Source: Rhynchopus sp. YZ270_cl-10 | Taxonomy: Eukaryota | Direction of reading: 5' to 3' | Assembly (NCBI GenBank): GCA_964035575.1 | Contig: OZ037836.1 | Coordinates: 248,001-312,000, forward strand | Length of the DNA stretch: 64,000 bases | Shown: positions 1 to 12,810 of the stretch, one piece after another | Layout: each line of letters opens with the position of its first letter | Numbering within the stretch: the stretch's first letter is position 1 | The notes under the pieces: model-generated | What the model was told of the DNA's origin: nothing | The model's database searches: none | The model's input: only the letters and a program-made list of their open reading frames with translations | Position numbers and translations under genes: made by a program

Positions 1-610
1 TCGCTGTTGTTCAGCATCAGTCCCCTTGCCACCGTCCCTGCTTTTGGCCAAGGTGTGCTATTTGCTCCGGATGCATTGACTCCCACTTCGCGAGACACAC
101 ACGCACGAAGCGTCTCCGTACACACGACACCCGCGCATGTCACTACCTTTGTGCAGTAGCAGAACACAGGCAGGTGGGTGGTAGGGGGTCCACACGACGC
201 AGGTTCAGGGCACAAAGGCCCTGCGCAATTGGAACGTGCTGACCTGGCCAGAAGAGGGAACGGTGGCTTTGGGATGGGGAAATATGCTGTGCTAGTTTCT
301 CAAAAAAGGGGTGGGGGGGAACCCAGGGGGGGATGGGGAAATAAAAGAAGTTGCAGTAAGACAATAAAGCCTTATGTGTCAGGTCGTCGTGCTGTGTGCT
401 ATAAAACGAAACCAAGGCATTAATGTCTGTGTTCTGCAGAAAGGGGTTGGATGGAAAAGGTGTTCTGTGCTTTACAAAAGGGGGAACAAAAAGAAAGGTT
501 GGCAAGATGACACAGCTTCTACGGTGCTGAGTCACCTTGAATAAAACAAACAAACAAAAGAATGTTTTATTCTCGAAATGTTGAACACATGATGTATTCT
601 GATTCTGAAA
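1..610. repeat. Segmental duplication of the downstream flank of the Cys-rich genes (second copy 10941-11537, continuing after 12661)
   Basis: Near-identical sequence at offset 10940; this copy has the empty site (acacat-gatgta-ttctg, 591-596) of the element inserted at 11538. Confidence 0.92.
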
Positions 611-717
611 AAAAGCGCAAAATCGGTGTCGTTTGTTTCATTGTATTTTAAGAATACATTTGAAACGTGTTGCCACGGGTTCTTTCAACGTTTCGCAGTT
701 TTCCTTCGCCCATGTGC

Positions 718-3700
718 TCAGGACATAGTATCGTCTTCGACAACAAGCTCCTCAACGTCGTCCATGTCCTTCATCGCTTCTGCGTCAAGCATGTTAGCTT
801 CCATAGTATACACGTCCTCGCCCTGTTTAGCCTTGGCACGTCCCTTGGACACCCACAGCCACGCTCCGCCAACACCCGCAAGCAGCACCAGTGCAGAGCC
901 CACTATGACAGGGATCAGCCACACCAGCGAGCTGCTGCTGCCCGAGTCCGAAGAAGACGCGTCTGCCTCCCCAGCACCGCCATTGTTTGCAGGCACGTAT
1001 GTTACGCCGTCAGGAAGCTGTGTCTCAGGTACGTGTGTTACGCCGTCAGGAAGCTGTGTCTCAGGTACGTGTGTTACGCCGTCAGGAAGCTGTGTCTCAG
1101 GTACGTGTGTTACGCCGTCAGGAAGCTGTGTCTCAGGGGCGAATGTTGTACCAACAGGAAGTTGTGTTTCAGGTAAGTCCGTTGTGTTTTCAGGAAGTTG
1201 TATCTCAGGTACGTCCGTTTTGTCGACAGGAATCTGTGTCTCAGGTACGTCTGTCGTGTTTTCAGAAATTTGTGTCTCAGGAACGTCTGTTGTGTTTTCA
1301 GGAAGCTGTGTCTCAGGTGCGTCTGTTGTACCAACAGGGAGTTGTGTCTCAGGTGCATCTGTCGTGTTGTCAGGAAGTTGTGTCTCAGGTACGTCTGTTG
1401 TGAAGACAGGAAGCTGTGTCTCAGGCACGTCTGTCGTGTAGTGACTGCCACACTGCGCAGGTCCCATGATCCCGTTCACACCCGTCTCAGGAGCCACGCA
1501 GAGGCACACCCAGGTGTTGTCCTGTACCACGTCCGTGTCAATGCACGTCTGCCCCACATCCGTGCACACAGCTGCAATCTCCGGCTTCGCACACTCCCCA
1601 ACAAAGACACACTGCGCCGGCTTCATGACAGCACTTCCAACTGCCTGGATCGCGCATCTGCACATCCAGTCGTCTGTCGACTCTGTTGTTGTGTCAGGGT
1701 CGAAGCACGTCTGCCCGTGGTCGTGGCACAGCTGCATGTGTGCGTACGTCAGACACTCGTTGATCTTGCACACTGCTGCATGGCCAATGGCCGACCCCAG
1801 GGCTGGGGACACGCAGTGGCACTCCCAGTCGTTCAGGCTTGTGTCGCCTGGGTGCAGGTCCACGCACTCCTGTCCCTTGTCTCTGCACGTCTGCAGGTTC
1901 TGTGTGTCGAGACACTCGTCCTGCACACACACTGCACGCTCCTGCAGGCCAGAACCAAGGGCAGGGGAAATGCAGTCGCACCGCCAGTCCCCAAGATCCA
2001 TTCCTGACGGGTCGACACACTGCTGTCCTTCGCAGGCGTAGCCGTGGCCGTCTGCCTTCCTTGCGCACGTCGGGCACGTCGCCAGGCACTCGTCAATCAC
2101 ACAGACAGCAGGCCCCGTAATGCCAGGTGTCTCCTGCACGTAGGGGTCTGTGCAGTGGCACACCCAGTCGCCCGCCAGCTCAGGGTCCTCGTCAACGCAG
2201 TACTGTCCAGCGTCCAGGCAGGTCTGCTTGTTGGCCTCAATCTCGCACTCGTCGTGGCCGCCGAACACTGTTGTGGATGTGTTTGAAAAAAAGTTTCTTG
2301 GGAAACTCCAATGTGCGGAACATTGCCAAATATTTGCACATATAAAATGACCAAGTGAAAGTCATGACAGTGAAGTTCGTTGTGTGTGGATGTAAACAGG
2401 GACACAGACGAAGAAAGTGGAGGGAACGTAAGAAAGTACATGGGCTTTGCACATACCACACGTTGCAGCAGCCATGACCTTCGACCCGCTTCCTGACAGA
2501 CACTGGCACTCCCAGTCGTCCTTCGAACCTGGATCGGTGTTCCTGTCCACGCACTTCTGCCCAACCGACGAGCAAACGGCGATCTGCTGGCACTCGTCAA
2601 GGGCTGTGTGTTGGTGCAAAGGTTGTGGGTGTGTTGTTCGTGTGCTTGAACGCTGGTGTGCGGTAGGAGCAGGTGAGGAGACACATGTCCGCAAAATGAA
2701 ATATTCAAAAAAACAGAAACAAAACAAGACAACATACTGCACTTTGCCGGGCCAAGGACATGGTAGTCTGAAGACGTAGTGCAGTGGCACTCCCAGTCAC
2801 CCTGCGCAAATGGGGAGTGGTTCGGGTCAGAGCAACGCTGGCCAGCGGCAGCACACACGTCGACAAACTCGCTCACAGGTGCGCCTGCAGGGGCAGGTGC
2901 ACGCTCGTTCGCACACGTCTTCTGCTTGCTGATGAGGGCAGTGCAGACAGCACTCTGCTTGTTGAAGGCACTGTCGGCAACAAGGCACCAGTCCCCCTCC
3001 TTTGCCCTGTCCGGGTTGCAGCAGCCTGTGTTGCAGGGCTCGGACAGGCCGGCACCGCTGCCGTCGATGCCAGTGACCATCCAGCCGCACGCACACTCGC
3101 AGCCGTCGTTCGTGTAGCGCTTGAAGTTGTCGCACTTGCGTGCACCTGTCATGGTGACATCAAGGCACTCATCCACAAGGCAGCTGTTGACAGCACGCGC
3201 AACGGTCGCTGTTGTCGACGGGGCCTGGCACATGCACACCCAGTCACCCAGGCTCTGCACAGACAGGTTCGGGTCCTCGCACCTCTGGCCCGCACCCACA
3301 CAGACGTTCATGGCCGATGCGCTCGTGCGCGCACATGTTGCGCAGATGTCCTCACACTCGTCGATCACGCACTGTGCAGGGGCACGCTCCCCCGCAGTCC
3401 CATGGTACGGTGGCATGCACGCACATGTGAAGTCGTCTGACGAGTCACCTGAGATGCAGCGCTGGCCCGCATCCGCACACACATTCAAGTTCGCAGCAAC
3501 CTTGCACGCTCCTATGTACGCGCACGACGCAGGTCCGGCATACCCGACCCCCACCGCAGGTGCCGGGCAGTTGCACGTCCAGTCGCCCAGACTCGCCGGG
3601 GCCGTGTTATGGTCAATGCACAACTGTCCCGCCACCGTGCAGTTCCCGCCGTACACGTTGCACTCGTCCAGCAGACAAGACGCAGGTCCAACCACAGCCT

Positions 3701-4151
3701 TCCCAGACGCAGGCGCAATGCACTGGCACACCCAGTCTCCGCTTTTCTCGACACGCATGTCCGGGTCGACGCACTCCTGGCCCCTCCCCTCACACGTCAC
3801 TCCGTTTAGCAAGCACTCGTCAATCATGCACACCGCCGCGTGCAGAGCAGCTTCGCCCTTCCCGACCTCGCACACACACGACCAGTCGGAAAGGCTGTCC
3901 GGTGACTTGTTGTGGTCCACGCACTTCTGCCCGGCCTGCGTGCATGTGTGCACCGACCCCTTCTGTGCACACGTCCAGCACTCCGTCGTGCACTCGTCCA
4001 CTACACCTGCCGTCCCACAGGCGCTGTTTGCCCAGACACACGTCGAGTCAGCACCGCACAGTGACTCTGTCATGTAGTCTGTACACACAGCGTGGACTGC
4101 CACTGCTGCAGACAGCAGCACAACCTCGCGCATGTACATCGACCTCACCAT
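718..4151 (-). CDS. Cys-rich repeat type-I membrane protein, gene 1 (3 exons: 4151-2738, 2603-2457, 2267-718; ~1036 aa)
   Basis: Signal-peptide-like start (MVRSMYMREVVLLSAAVAVHA); many EGF-like DEC..C..GQ.C.D....DW.C.C modules; Thr/Pro stalk; TM LVWLIPVIVGSALVLLAGVGGAWLWV; acidic tail. Two GTATG..CAG introns join the frames (3111 nt total, divisible by 3). The start could instead be the ATG at 4133. Confidence 0.85.
990..1440 (-). repeat. Coding tandem repeat, ~39-bp unit (VPETQLPDGVTH-like), mucin-like stalk
   Basis: Repeated caggaagctgtgtctcagg units visible in sequence. Confidence 0.9.
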
Positions 4152-4264
4152 GTTCGTCCACACGACAGCTCCTCTCTGTGTCCACACGTAAGGCCAAGAC
4201 ACCCACCCGGCTTGACGCTCGCTTCCTTTGTCTCTTTCTCGTTCACTCTGGTGATATGGTGTGA

Positions 4265-4890
4265 TCTGTACGTGGAGGTGAGGTGGAGGTGGTGTGGGAT
4301 CTCTTTTGACGTCCTGAGAAATAAAGAGTTGAAAGCGCAAATGCCTTACCGCTGAAGAAAGGGGAAGGGGACGGCAAGTCTGCAGGAGGAGGGACAATAG
4401 GTTAAAGATGGAACTAAGACGCTGACCAAAGCTACGATGTTTGTATTCTGTTCTCTTTTACGCAGGGTTGGGGGAAATGCTGATGAATGACAAACACGAA
4501 GACCAGAACTGAAATCTTAACGTACACTTTCTGTTGATTCTAAAACGGGGGAGGGTAAAAAAGGCGTGAAAGGTAAATTGGGGAAGAGGTTGAAAAGTTG
4601 GAACGCTTCCTCACCCCAGATCACACGCGTGTCACCGAGAGAGCTGCTCTCTCGGTGACACGCTGTGGGAGCAGAGTGGGAGAGAACAGGTTGGTGGTGT
4701 GACGAGGTGTGGCACAGTTTACGGACACTGCGACTGCAGTGCTTCGTGGTCGCGAAGGGTGTACATCCTTGACAGGGCACACACACAGACTCACACTCAC
4801 ACGGGTGCACGCACACAACACACACCTGTATCGTGCATTTGTACAAATGAACGACAAAAGCACTCTGCACAATCTGAACACACACACGTT
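4265..4890. repeat. Duplicated upstream region of genes 1 and 2 (second copy ~8396-8945)
   Basis: Long near-identical blocks (gatctcttttgacgtcctgagaaataaagag..., gagagctgctctctcggtgacacgctgtggg...). Confidence 0.9.
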
Positions 4891-5333
4891 TCTTCTGAAA
4901 GGAAGGATTCCTGGGAACAGATATTTGATTAACATCCTGTTGTTTGGGAAACATTTGGTCCGATTTAAGCACCAAAACTATGTCAAATATTTACGTTTTC
5001 ACACGTGTTCATTCTAAAAAAGGAGAGGTAAAAAATTGTGAAACGCAAAATAGGCGACTGTCCATAGGCCCTTTGGGAATGGGGATTGAACGTTTCTTCA
5101 CCAGTTTACAATAATATGACTGTAAACTTACTCTAGGTGCACCATAACAATAGTCCAGCTGCTTGACTTTCTCCCAAAAAGTCCAACACTATTACGGTCC
5201 ATATTAGTATTATGTACGAGGAAACACTTCAAAACCAAGCTAGGCATGGTTTAATTGACCCCCCCAGTGGGCCCCCCCCACCCCAAGTTGTGCCCCCGCC
5301 AACCCCCCCAACCCCGCCAATTTCCCGAGAAAA

Positions 5334-8315
5334 TCACAGCAGCGCATGCTCGTCCTCTTCCGCTGCCTGCAACTCCTTGTCTCCTCCAAAATCATAGAGT
5401 GCCGTGTCATCGAAGGTCATTGGAATTTCAGGTGCGCGCACTTCAGCAAACTTGCTGGACTCGCTCACATGGTGTCTGTACCACAGGCCGCCCCCAACAG
5501 CCGCACACAAACACAGCACACCACCCACAACACCCACAATCAGACCAACGGCAGACCCACCCCCGTCGCTCTCGGCGTCCAACTCCTCCCCAGCACCGGC
5601 AGCGCTACCAGACATCGACCCTGCAGGTGGCGACGTGTCCGGCACTGTCGTTGGTTGCGCTGTCGGGGCAGCTGTGTCGCCTGAAGTGTTGGCGGCACCT
5701 ACGGCAGGTCTGTCAGTATCGTTGAGCATTGCATCACCTGGCGTGGCGGTCAGCACTGCTGATGGTACTGCTGTGAATGGCACCTGTGTGTCAGGTGAGA
5801 GTGTCTTACCAGGAGGAAGTTGTGTCTCAGGTGCGTCTGTTGTGTTGTCAGGAAGCTGTGACTCAGGTGCGCGTGTTGTTCCAACAGGAAGCTGTGTTTC
5901 AGGTAAGTCCGTTGTGCCAACAGGAAGTTGCGTAGGTGAGTCTGTTGTGTAGACAGGAAGCTGTGTCTCAGGCACGTCTGTCGTGTAGTGACTGCCACAC
6001 TGCGCAGGTCCCATGATCCCGTTCACACCCGTCTCAGGAGCCACGCAGAGGCACACCCAGGTGTTGTCCTGTACCACGTCCGTGTCAATGCACGTCTGCC
6101 CCACATCCGTGCACACAGCTGCAATCTCCGGCTTCGCACACTCCCCAACAAAGACACACTGCGCCGGCTTCATGACAGCACTTCCAACTGCATGTATCGC
6201 GCATCTGCACATCCAGTCGTCTCTCGATTCTGCTGTTGTGTCAGGGTCGAAGCACGTCTGCCCGTGGTCGTGGCACAGTTGCATGTGTGCGTACGTCAGA
6301 CACTCGTTGATCTTGCACACTGCTGCATGGCCAATGGCCGACCCCAGGGATGGGGACACGCAGTGGCACTCCCAGTCGTTCAGGCTTGTGTCGCCTGGGT
6401 GCAGGTCCACGCACTCCTGTCCCTTGTCTCTGCACGTCTGCAGGTTCTGTATGTCGAGACACTCGTCCTGCGCGTCGATCACGCACTGTGCAGGGGCACG
6501 CTCCCCCGCAGTCCCATGGTACGGTGGCATGCACGCACATGTGAAGTCGTCTGCCGAGTCACCTGAGATGCAGCGCTGGCCCGCATCCGCACACACATTA
6601 AAGTTCATAGCAACCTTGCACGCTCCTATGTACGTGCACGACGCAGGTCCGCCATAACTGACCCCCACCGCAGGTGCCGGGCAGTTGCACGTCCAGTCGC
6701 CCAGACTCGCCGGGGCCGTGTTATGGTCAATGCACAACTGTCCCGCCACCGTGCACTTCCCGCCGTACACGTTGCACTCGTCCAGCAGACAAGACGCAGG
6801 TCCAACCACAGCCTTCCCAGACGCAGGCGCAATGCACTGGCACACCCAGTCTCCGCTTTTCTCGACACGCATGTCCGGGTCGACGCACTCTTGGCCCATC
6901 CCCTCACACGTCACTCCGTTCAGCAAGCACTCGTCAAAGCTGCAGTCTGCAGCCCCGAGCATCTTGCTCCCCGTCGAGGGTGCGTAGCACGTACACATCC
7001 AGTCCCCAAGTGAGTCCTCGGCCGTGTTCTTATCTGTGCACGTCTGCTCCGCAGCTGTGCACACCTTTGCCTTCGGGTCTGTGTCACACTCGTTCACAGT
7101 GCACACCGCCACTGCCGCCACCGCCGACGCGTCTGACACAGCACACTTGCAGCGCCAGTCCCGCGTCCCGGTCACAGGGTTCGTGCTCCCCTCCGTACAC
7201 GTCTGACCCGCCTTTGTGCACACGTTCCCGGCACCGTGGTCAGCACACGTCGCACACATCGCCGTGCACTCGTCGAGGATGCACACTGTTGCCGCCCCAA
7301 CCTTCGTAAGCCCTGTCTGTGGCGCAATGCACGCACACGAGCCGGCGTCCTGAATGTTTGCCGCAGGGATGCACGCCTGTCCCTGCGACGTGCACATGTC
7401 CCCGTGCTGCACGCACCACGAGACCGGCGCCACACACGTTGCAGCCTGCCCTGTCGCTACGTTCGGAACATCACCCTTCGCGCACGAGCACGTCCAGTCC
7501 CCAGTGCTGCGTGTGTCCGTGTTCGGGTCCTGGCACGTCTGTCCTGCCGACGTGCACACCACAGCCACGTCCGACTCCAGGCATTCGTCGCGCACGCACG
7601 TCGCCAGCTTCCCCGTCCCCCGCCCGATGGTCGGTGGCGGGCACACGCACTCCCAGTCGTCCAGGCCCCCTATGACTGCCTTGTTCGGGTCGTTGCACGT
7701 CTGCGCAGACGCATCGCACAGCTTTGCCAGGCGCCCGTTGTTCATCTTGCACTCGTCCAGCGTGCACACGGCCACAGACGCCACAGACTCCCCAACTGCG
7801 TCCCCAACACACTTGCACATCCAGTCCTCAAGGTTTGCAGGCGACGTCGACGACTCCACGCAGTGCTGCCCGGCCACATCGCACAGGTTCCCGAGCCCCT
7901 TGTCCGCACACGTCGGGCACTGCGCTGTGCACTCGTCGAGGATACACACCGCGGGCTGGTTGTCGCCAGGGGTGCCGACAGCAGGGGCCAGGCAGGCGCA
8001 CTGGAAAAGGCCGTCAAGCGGAGTGGATTCGATGCAGCTTTGCCCGGCTCCGTTGCAGATGTCCCCGTTGGTTTCGCAGTCGCCAGGAGGGTACTTGCAC
8101 ACAGCAGGCTGCATGGTCGTGGGTGCGCCTGTGGCAGGGGGGACGCAGAGGCACAGCCATGTGTTAAGTATGTCGACGTCGCGGTCACTGCATATTTGGG
8201 CTGCGTCCGTGCAGATGTAGCCGTGCACCAGACACTCATCCTCATCAGCACCCTGTACGCACACAGCAGCCGCAGCCAGGGTCACGACAAGGAGTGTTAG
8301 CCCTTTTTGAGTCAT
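5334..8315 (-). CDS. Cys-rich repeat type-I membrane protein, gene 2 (intronless, 993 aa)
   Basis: Signal peptide MTQKGLTLLVVTLAAAAVCVQG, Cys-rich DEC/DWxCxC modules, PETQLP stalk, TM AVGLIVGVVGGVLCLCAAVGGGLWY, acidic tail. Confidence 0.88.
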   Translation of the reverse strand: MTQKGLTLLVVTLAAAAVCVQGADEDECLVHGYICTDAAQICSDRDVDILNTWLCLCVPPATGAPTTMQPAVCKYPPGDCETNGDICNGAGQSCIESTPLDGLFQCACLAPAVGTPGDNQPAVCILDECTAQCPTCADKGLGNLCDVAGQHCVESSTSPANLEDWMCKCVGDAVGESVASVAVCTLDECKMNNGRLAKLCDASAQTCNDPNKAVIGGLDDWECVCPPPTIGRGTGKLATCVRDECLESDVAVVCTSAGQTCQDPNTDTRSTGDWTCSCAKGDVPNVATGQAATCVAPVSWCVQHGDMCTSQGQACIPAANIQDAGSCACIAPQTGLTKVGAATVCILDECTAMCATCADHGAGNVCTKAGQTCTEGSTNPVTGTRDWRCKCAVSDASAVAAVAVCTVNECDTDPKAKVCTAAEQTCTDKNTAEDSLGDWMCTCYAPSTGSKMLGAADCSFDECLLNGVTCEGMGQECVDPDMRVEKSGDWVCQCIAPASGKAVVGPASCLLDECNVYGGKCTVAGQLCIDHNTAPASLGDWTCNCPAPAVGVSYGGPASCTYIGACKVAMNFNVCADAGQRCISGDSADDFTCACMPPYHGTAGERAPAQCVIDAQDECLDIQNLQTCRDKGQECVDLHPGDTSLNDWECHCVSPSLGSAIGHAAVCKINECLTYAHMQLCHDHGQTCFDPDTTAESRDDWMCRCAIHAVGSAVMKPAQCVFVGECAKPEIAAVCTDVGQTCIDTDVVQDNTWVCLCVAPETGVNGIMGPAQCGSHYTTDVPETQLPVYTTDSPTQLPVGTTDLPETQLPVGTTRAPESQLPDNTTDAPETQLPPGKTLSPDTQVPFTAVPSAVLTATPGDAMLNDTDRPAVGAANTSGDTAAPTAQPTTVPDTSPPAGSMSGSAAGAGEELDAESDGGGSAVGLIVGVVGGVLCLCAAVGGGLWYRHHVSESSKFAEVRAPEIPMTFDDTALYDFGGDKELQAAEEDEHALL

Positions 8316-9426
8316 TTTTTAAACTATAAAAAATGCACCCCTGAGCCTTCGAGGCCCGTAAGGTCCCCCCTTCTTTATTTGTTGTTTGTTGATCGCATCT
8401 GTACGTGGAGGTGGAGGTGGAGGTGGTGTGGGATCTCTTTTGACGTCCTGAGAAATAAAGAGCTGAAAGCGCAAATGCCTCACCGCTGAAGAAAGGGGAA
8501 GGGGACGGCAAGTCTGCAGGAGGAGGGACAATAGGTTAAAGATGGAACTAAGACGCTGACCAAAGCTACGATGTTTGTATTTTGTTCTCTTTTACGCAGG
8601 GTTGCGGGAAATGCTGATGGATGATAAACACGAAGACCAGAACTGAAAAAGAAAACAAACAACACAAGAGACCAGAGAGCTGCTCTCTCGGTGACACGCT
8701 GTGGGAGCAGAGTGGGAGAGAACAGGTTGGTGGTGTGACGAGGTGTGGCACAGTTTACGGACACTGCGATTGCAGTGCTTCGTGGTCGCGAAGGGTGTGC
8801 ATCCTTAGTATACGGTCACAAGGGAGTATAAGGGCACACACACACACTCACACGGGTGCACGCACACAACACACACCTGTATCGTGCATTTGTACAAATG
8901 AACAACAAAAGCTCTCTGCACAATCTGAACATACACGTTTCTTCGTAAAAAGGAAGCCACTATAAAATGGAACAGGAGGGTGAAATAAAAGAGTGGTTGA
9001 AACGCTGCTAAAACGAAGCATAATAACTCACATTGTCTTTCCTTACTTCAAAAACTGAGAGAAAAATTGTGGGTTTTTCAAAAAAGCTGAACGGAGAGTT
9101 AAAAAAGGAGAACACCAGCAAAAAACGTTGTGTGAAAACGTTTTTTCCTGTCAAGTGTTTTTGTGTGTTGGCGGAGAAGAAAACAGTTTCCGATAAAAGG
9201 CTCCTGCGTCGGTTTTCTATTTCACAATACTTAGTTCGTCATTTTCTCGTCTTTTTTATTTTGGGAAAAAGTAGACAAAACACTACAGGTGTCAATAGCT
9301 TTGCGTTCCCACTATTTTATGTTTGTTCTTTATAACCTGTTATGCACCTTCCGTAACTATTAACTTTGGGGGGAAAGAAACATACTCTGCTTTCTTTTTC
9401 GTGTGAAACAATAGCTTATAATTACC

Positions 9427-9561
9427 GTTAAATTATATCCCCACAATTTAACGCAGTGAGTTGTGGGTCACGAGTGTACTAATCCCACGAGCGCAGCGAG
9501 TGGGATTCGTGAACGAGTGACCCACAACTCACTAAGTTAAATTGCCGGGATATAATTTAAC
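9427..9561. repeat. ~135-bp imperfect palindrome (long hairpin) with central GCGCAGC
   Basis: Arms gttaaattatatcc/ggatataatttaac, agtgagttgtgggtcac/gtgacccacaactcact and aatcccac/gtgggatt. Confidence 0.85.
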
Positions 9562-9583
9562 AATAATTAGTAGTTTTCATTAA

Positions 9584-10354
9584 CGTGCAATTATAAACGA
9601 GTCACAAAATCCTATTACAGCCGTAAAATCTGAAATCCTCTATGAACAACCTGTGTGGTGGCGGCAGGTACGTACACAGGTACACAAGTAAGTCGTGAAA
9701 GGGCAACCACAGCCAACCCGCCAGTCACTGAAAAGTGACCAGGCAGTCCACTTGACAAACACAAAAGTGTCCAGTCACGTGACATTCATGCACTGAGGAG
9801 ATAATGATCAACAATTTACAAGAAAGCATTACTTAACCTACTGCTGGAAATTGCCAGGTACGTAACACACAAAGTGTGCCCCCGCTCGGGAATCTCGAAT
9901 TACAGCGACCAAAAGGCCTCATTCGCTAGTCATCGTATAACCCTTCGCCAGGTGAAAGGCCCATGACCCTCGCGGAGAAATTAAATGTTGTAATGCTTTC
10001 AAGTACAAACTGCGACCACTGTCTTACCCTCCTCAATGCATGGTGGAAGATGTCTTTGACAAATTTGCGATCACTTTTTGGGCTATTTTGCCCAAAATAA
10101 CCCCGTGACTCACTTTTGCCTCACTTGTCCCAAAATGGCCCAAAATACCCTATTTTTTGTGATTTTTCTGTGTGGATTCTCCTGTTTCTTTGAGCGTGTA
10201 ATTATAATTTTACAATTTCACGGTCACTTTTTACACGCATTTTTACAGGTAAACATAGTTTCACGGTAAAAATAACTTCACGGTAACCGTTAAATTGTGG
10301 TTTTCGAATTTCACGGCTTGTAATAGGATTTTGTGAAGAGTTTATAATTGCACG
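9584..10354. mobile_element. Non-autonomous TIR element flanked by TTAA (piggyBac/Kolobok-like target)
   Basis: ~45-bp imperfect TIRs cgtgcaattataaac...tcacaaaatcctattaca / tgtaataggattttgtga...gtttataattgcacg; TTAA at 9580-9583 and 10355-10358. Confidence 0.8.
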
Positions 10355-11537
10355 TTAATAAAATATTATTTAGTTAGAACATAACATTGTTGTTTGTTTT
10401 GGTTTTGATTTGGAAACGTGATTATTAGTGCCCGAGCTCCACGAGAGCGCACATGTATGTACATATCTCTGAAGAGGGGTATCGTGTCACCAACAAAGTC
10501 GCACGAAGGACCAAGGGGACGGGGAAAGTCGGGAAAATGGGATAGCTTCGCTTTAAGCGTTGAGCGTCGAAATCATACACAGCCACACCCCGCTGCAGTT
10601 AGGAGTGGGATTGTACTACCGCAGGACCTATGGGAAATGACAAGGGGGTATGGGTAGTTACATGACAAGACTAAATAATGACTAGACCCCTGTCAAATGA
10701 CAATGTGCACCCCTGTACTAACCGCCAAAGCCCAAAGTGGGGGGGGGGAAAGTGTACAGACGCGTGTGGAAGAAAAAAGAAGACCTTGAATGTTGTTGGC
10801 TGAAAATCAAACCCTTCCCACAGCGCTATGTTCGGCCTAAGAGAAAATGTTATGTAGGCAAAATCACTGTACACCATGGACTGCAGTACTGGCCTCGGGT
10901 CTCGAAGCCTGTTGCATACTATTCTTATGGATGCGTTCTTTCGCTGTTGTTCAGCATCAGTCCCCTTGCCACCGTCCCTGCTTTTGGCCAAGGTGTGCTA
11001 TTTGCTCCGGATGCATTGACTCCCACTTCGCGAGACACACACGCACGAAGCGTCTCCGTACACACGACACCCGCGCATGTCACTACCTTTGTGCAGTAGC
11101 AGAACACAGGCAGGTGGGTGGTAGGGGGTCCACACGACGCAGGTTCAGGGCACAAAGGCCCTGCGCAATTGGAACGTGCTGACCTGGCCAGAAGAGGGAA
11201 CGGTGGCTTTGGGATGGGGAAATATGCTGTGCTAGTTTCTCAAAAAAGGGGTGGGGGGGAACCCAGGGGGGGATGGGGAAATAAAAGAAGTTGCAGTAAG
11301 ACAATAAAGCCTTATGTGTCAGGTCGTCGTGCTGTGTGCTATAAAACGAAACCAAGGCATTAATGTCTGTGTTCTGCAGAAAGGGGTTGGATGGAAAAGG
11401 TGTTCTGTGCTTTACAAAAGGGGGAACAAAAAGAAAGGTTGGCAAGATGACACAGCTTCTACGGTGCTGAGTCACCTTGAATAAAACAAACAAACAAAAG
11501 AATGTTTTATTCTCGAAAATGTTGAACACATGATGTA

Positions 11538-12655
11538 CATAGATGGTAGTCGGGCCGAGTCGGGCCGACTCGGGCCGACCACTTTTCGTTATTTTTTTTT
11601 TCAAAAAATTTTTTTTCAGGGTCGGCCCGAGTCGGGCCGAGTCGAAAAAACTCGGCCCGACTCAAAAAAAAGTCGGCCCGAGTCGGCCCGAAGTCGAATT
11701 TTTTTTGGTTTTTTTTTTTTGGGTTTTTTTTTTTTGTTTTGTTTTTTTTTGGTTTTTTGTTTTTTTGGAAAAGATTTTACTGTGGGGGGGCCGACGGGAC
11801 CCGAGTCGGGCCGACTCGGCCCGACTCGGGCTGACTCGGGCCGACTCGGGCCGAGTTTTTTTTTCGACTCGGGCCGACTTTTTTTTTTGTTAAAAAAATT
11901 ATTTTTCGACTCGGCCCGAGTCGGCCCGACTTTTGAAACAGGCCTTTTGCTAACTTTGGGATTTTCCCCCTGAATGGCACGATGGTCAAAAAAATAATAA
12001 TTTCCTGGAAAAAAAGTACATTCCGAGCTTTCCCACCTGGTGAAAGCGGTCGTCGCGCGCTTCGCGCGCGCCTCCCTGCCAGCCACAGGGTGGAGAGGCG
12101 AAGGGCAGCTTTGCGAGATAACAAAAAACGGAATCTATTCCTTTATTAACGGTGCTTGGTCTTGCGCCTTACGCCCACCAACCGTACAAAATCAATACGT
12201 CTTCGAGAAGCAGGGGCTGTTGCAACGGTTGGGTCACTTTGAAATAAAAATGGTCAATTTTTTGCAGCTTGGGTCAAGTTTCATTTTTGGCTGCAAAATG
12301 CAAGGGAATCCCCTTAGACATTGTTAAATGGCACCGTAGGCAGGAAGAAAATAGCACAGCGCGAGCGAAGCGAGCAGAAAAATTTTGAGGTGCCATCATG
12401 CCATCTGGGGGGGAAATCCCCAGGTGATGGAGAGCGAAAGCCCTGCCCCACCACCCCCCGTGGCATGATGGTGGCATGATGGAAAAAAAAAATAAAAAAC
12501 GCCCAAAAACGTGGCATGATGGCATGATGGCATGATGGTTAGCAAAAGGCCTGCTTTTGAAAAAAAAAAAAAAAAAAAAAAAAAGTCGGCCCGAGTCGGC
12601 CCGACTCCCAGATTTTCCAAAAACTCGGCCCGACTCGGGCCGACTACCATCTATG
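11538..12655. mobile_element. Non-autonomous DNA transposon with CATAG termini and 6-bp TSD
   Basis: TIR catagatggtagtcgggccgagtcgggccga / tcggcccgactcgggccgactaccatctatg; TSD gatgta (11532-11537, 12656-12661); subterminal tcggcccga repeats; empty site in paralogous copy at 591-596. Confidence 0.93.
11939..12553. mobile_element. Nested non-autonomous hAT-like element
   Basis: Perfect 16-bp TIR caggccttttgctaac / gttagcaaaaggcctg; flanking direct repeat cttttgaaa (11930-11938, 12554-12562). Confidence 0.88.
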
Positions 12656-12810
12656 GATGTATTCTGATTCTGAAAAAAAAGCGCAAAATAAAAAAGGGGA
12701 ACCCAGGGGGGATGTGGAAATAAAAGAAGTTGCAGTAAGACAATGAAGCCTTATGTGTCAGGTCGTCGTGCTGTATGCTATAAAACGAAAGGGACATTAT
12801 GTCTGTGTGC

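Noticed and set aside
11530..12124. ORFs rich in GPSRADSG
   Set aside because: Translations of MITE subterminal repeats and homopolymers.
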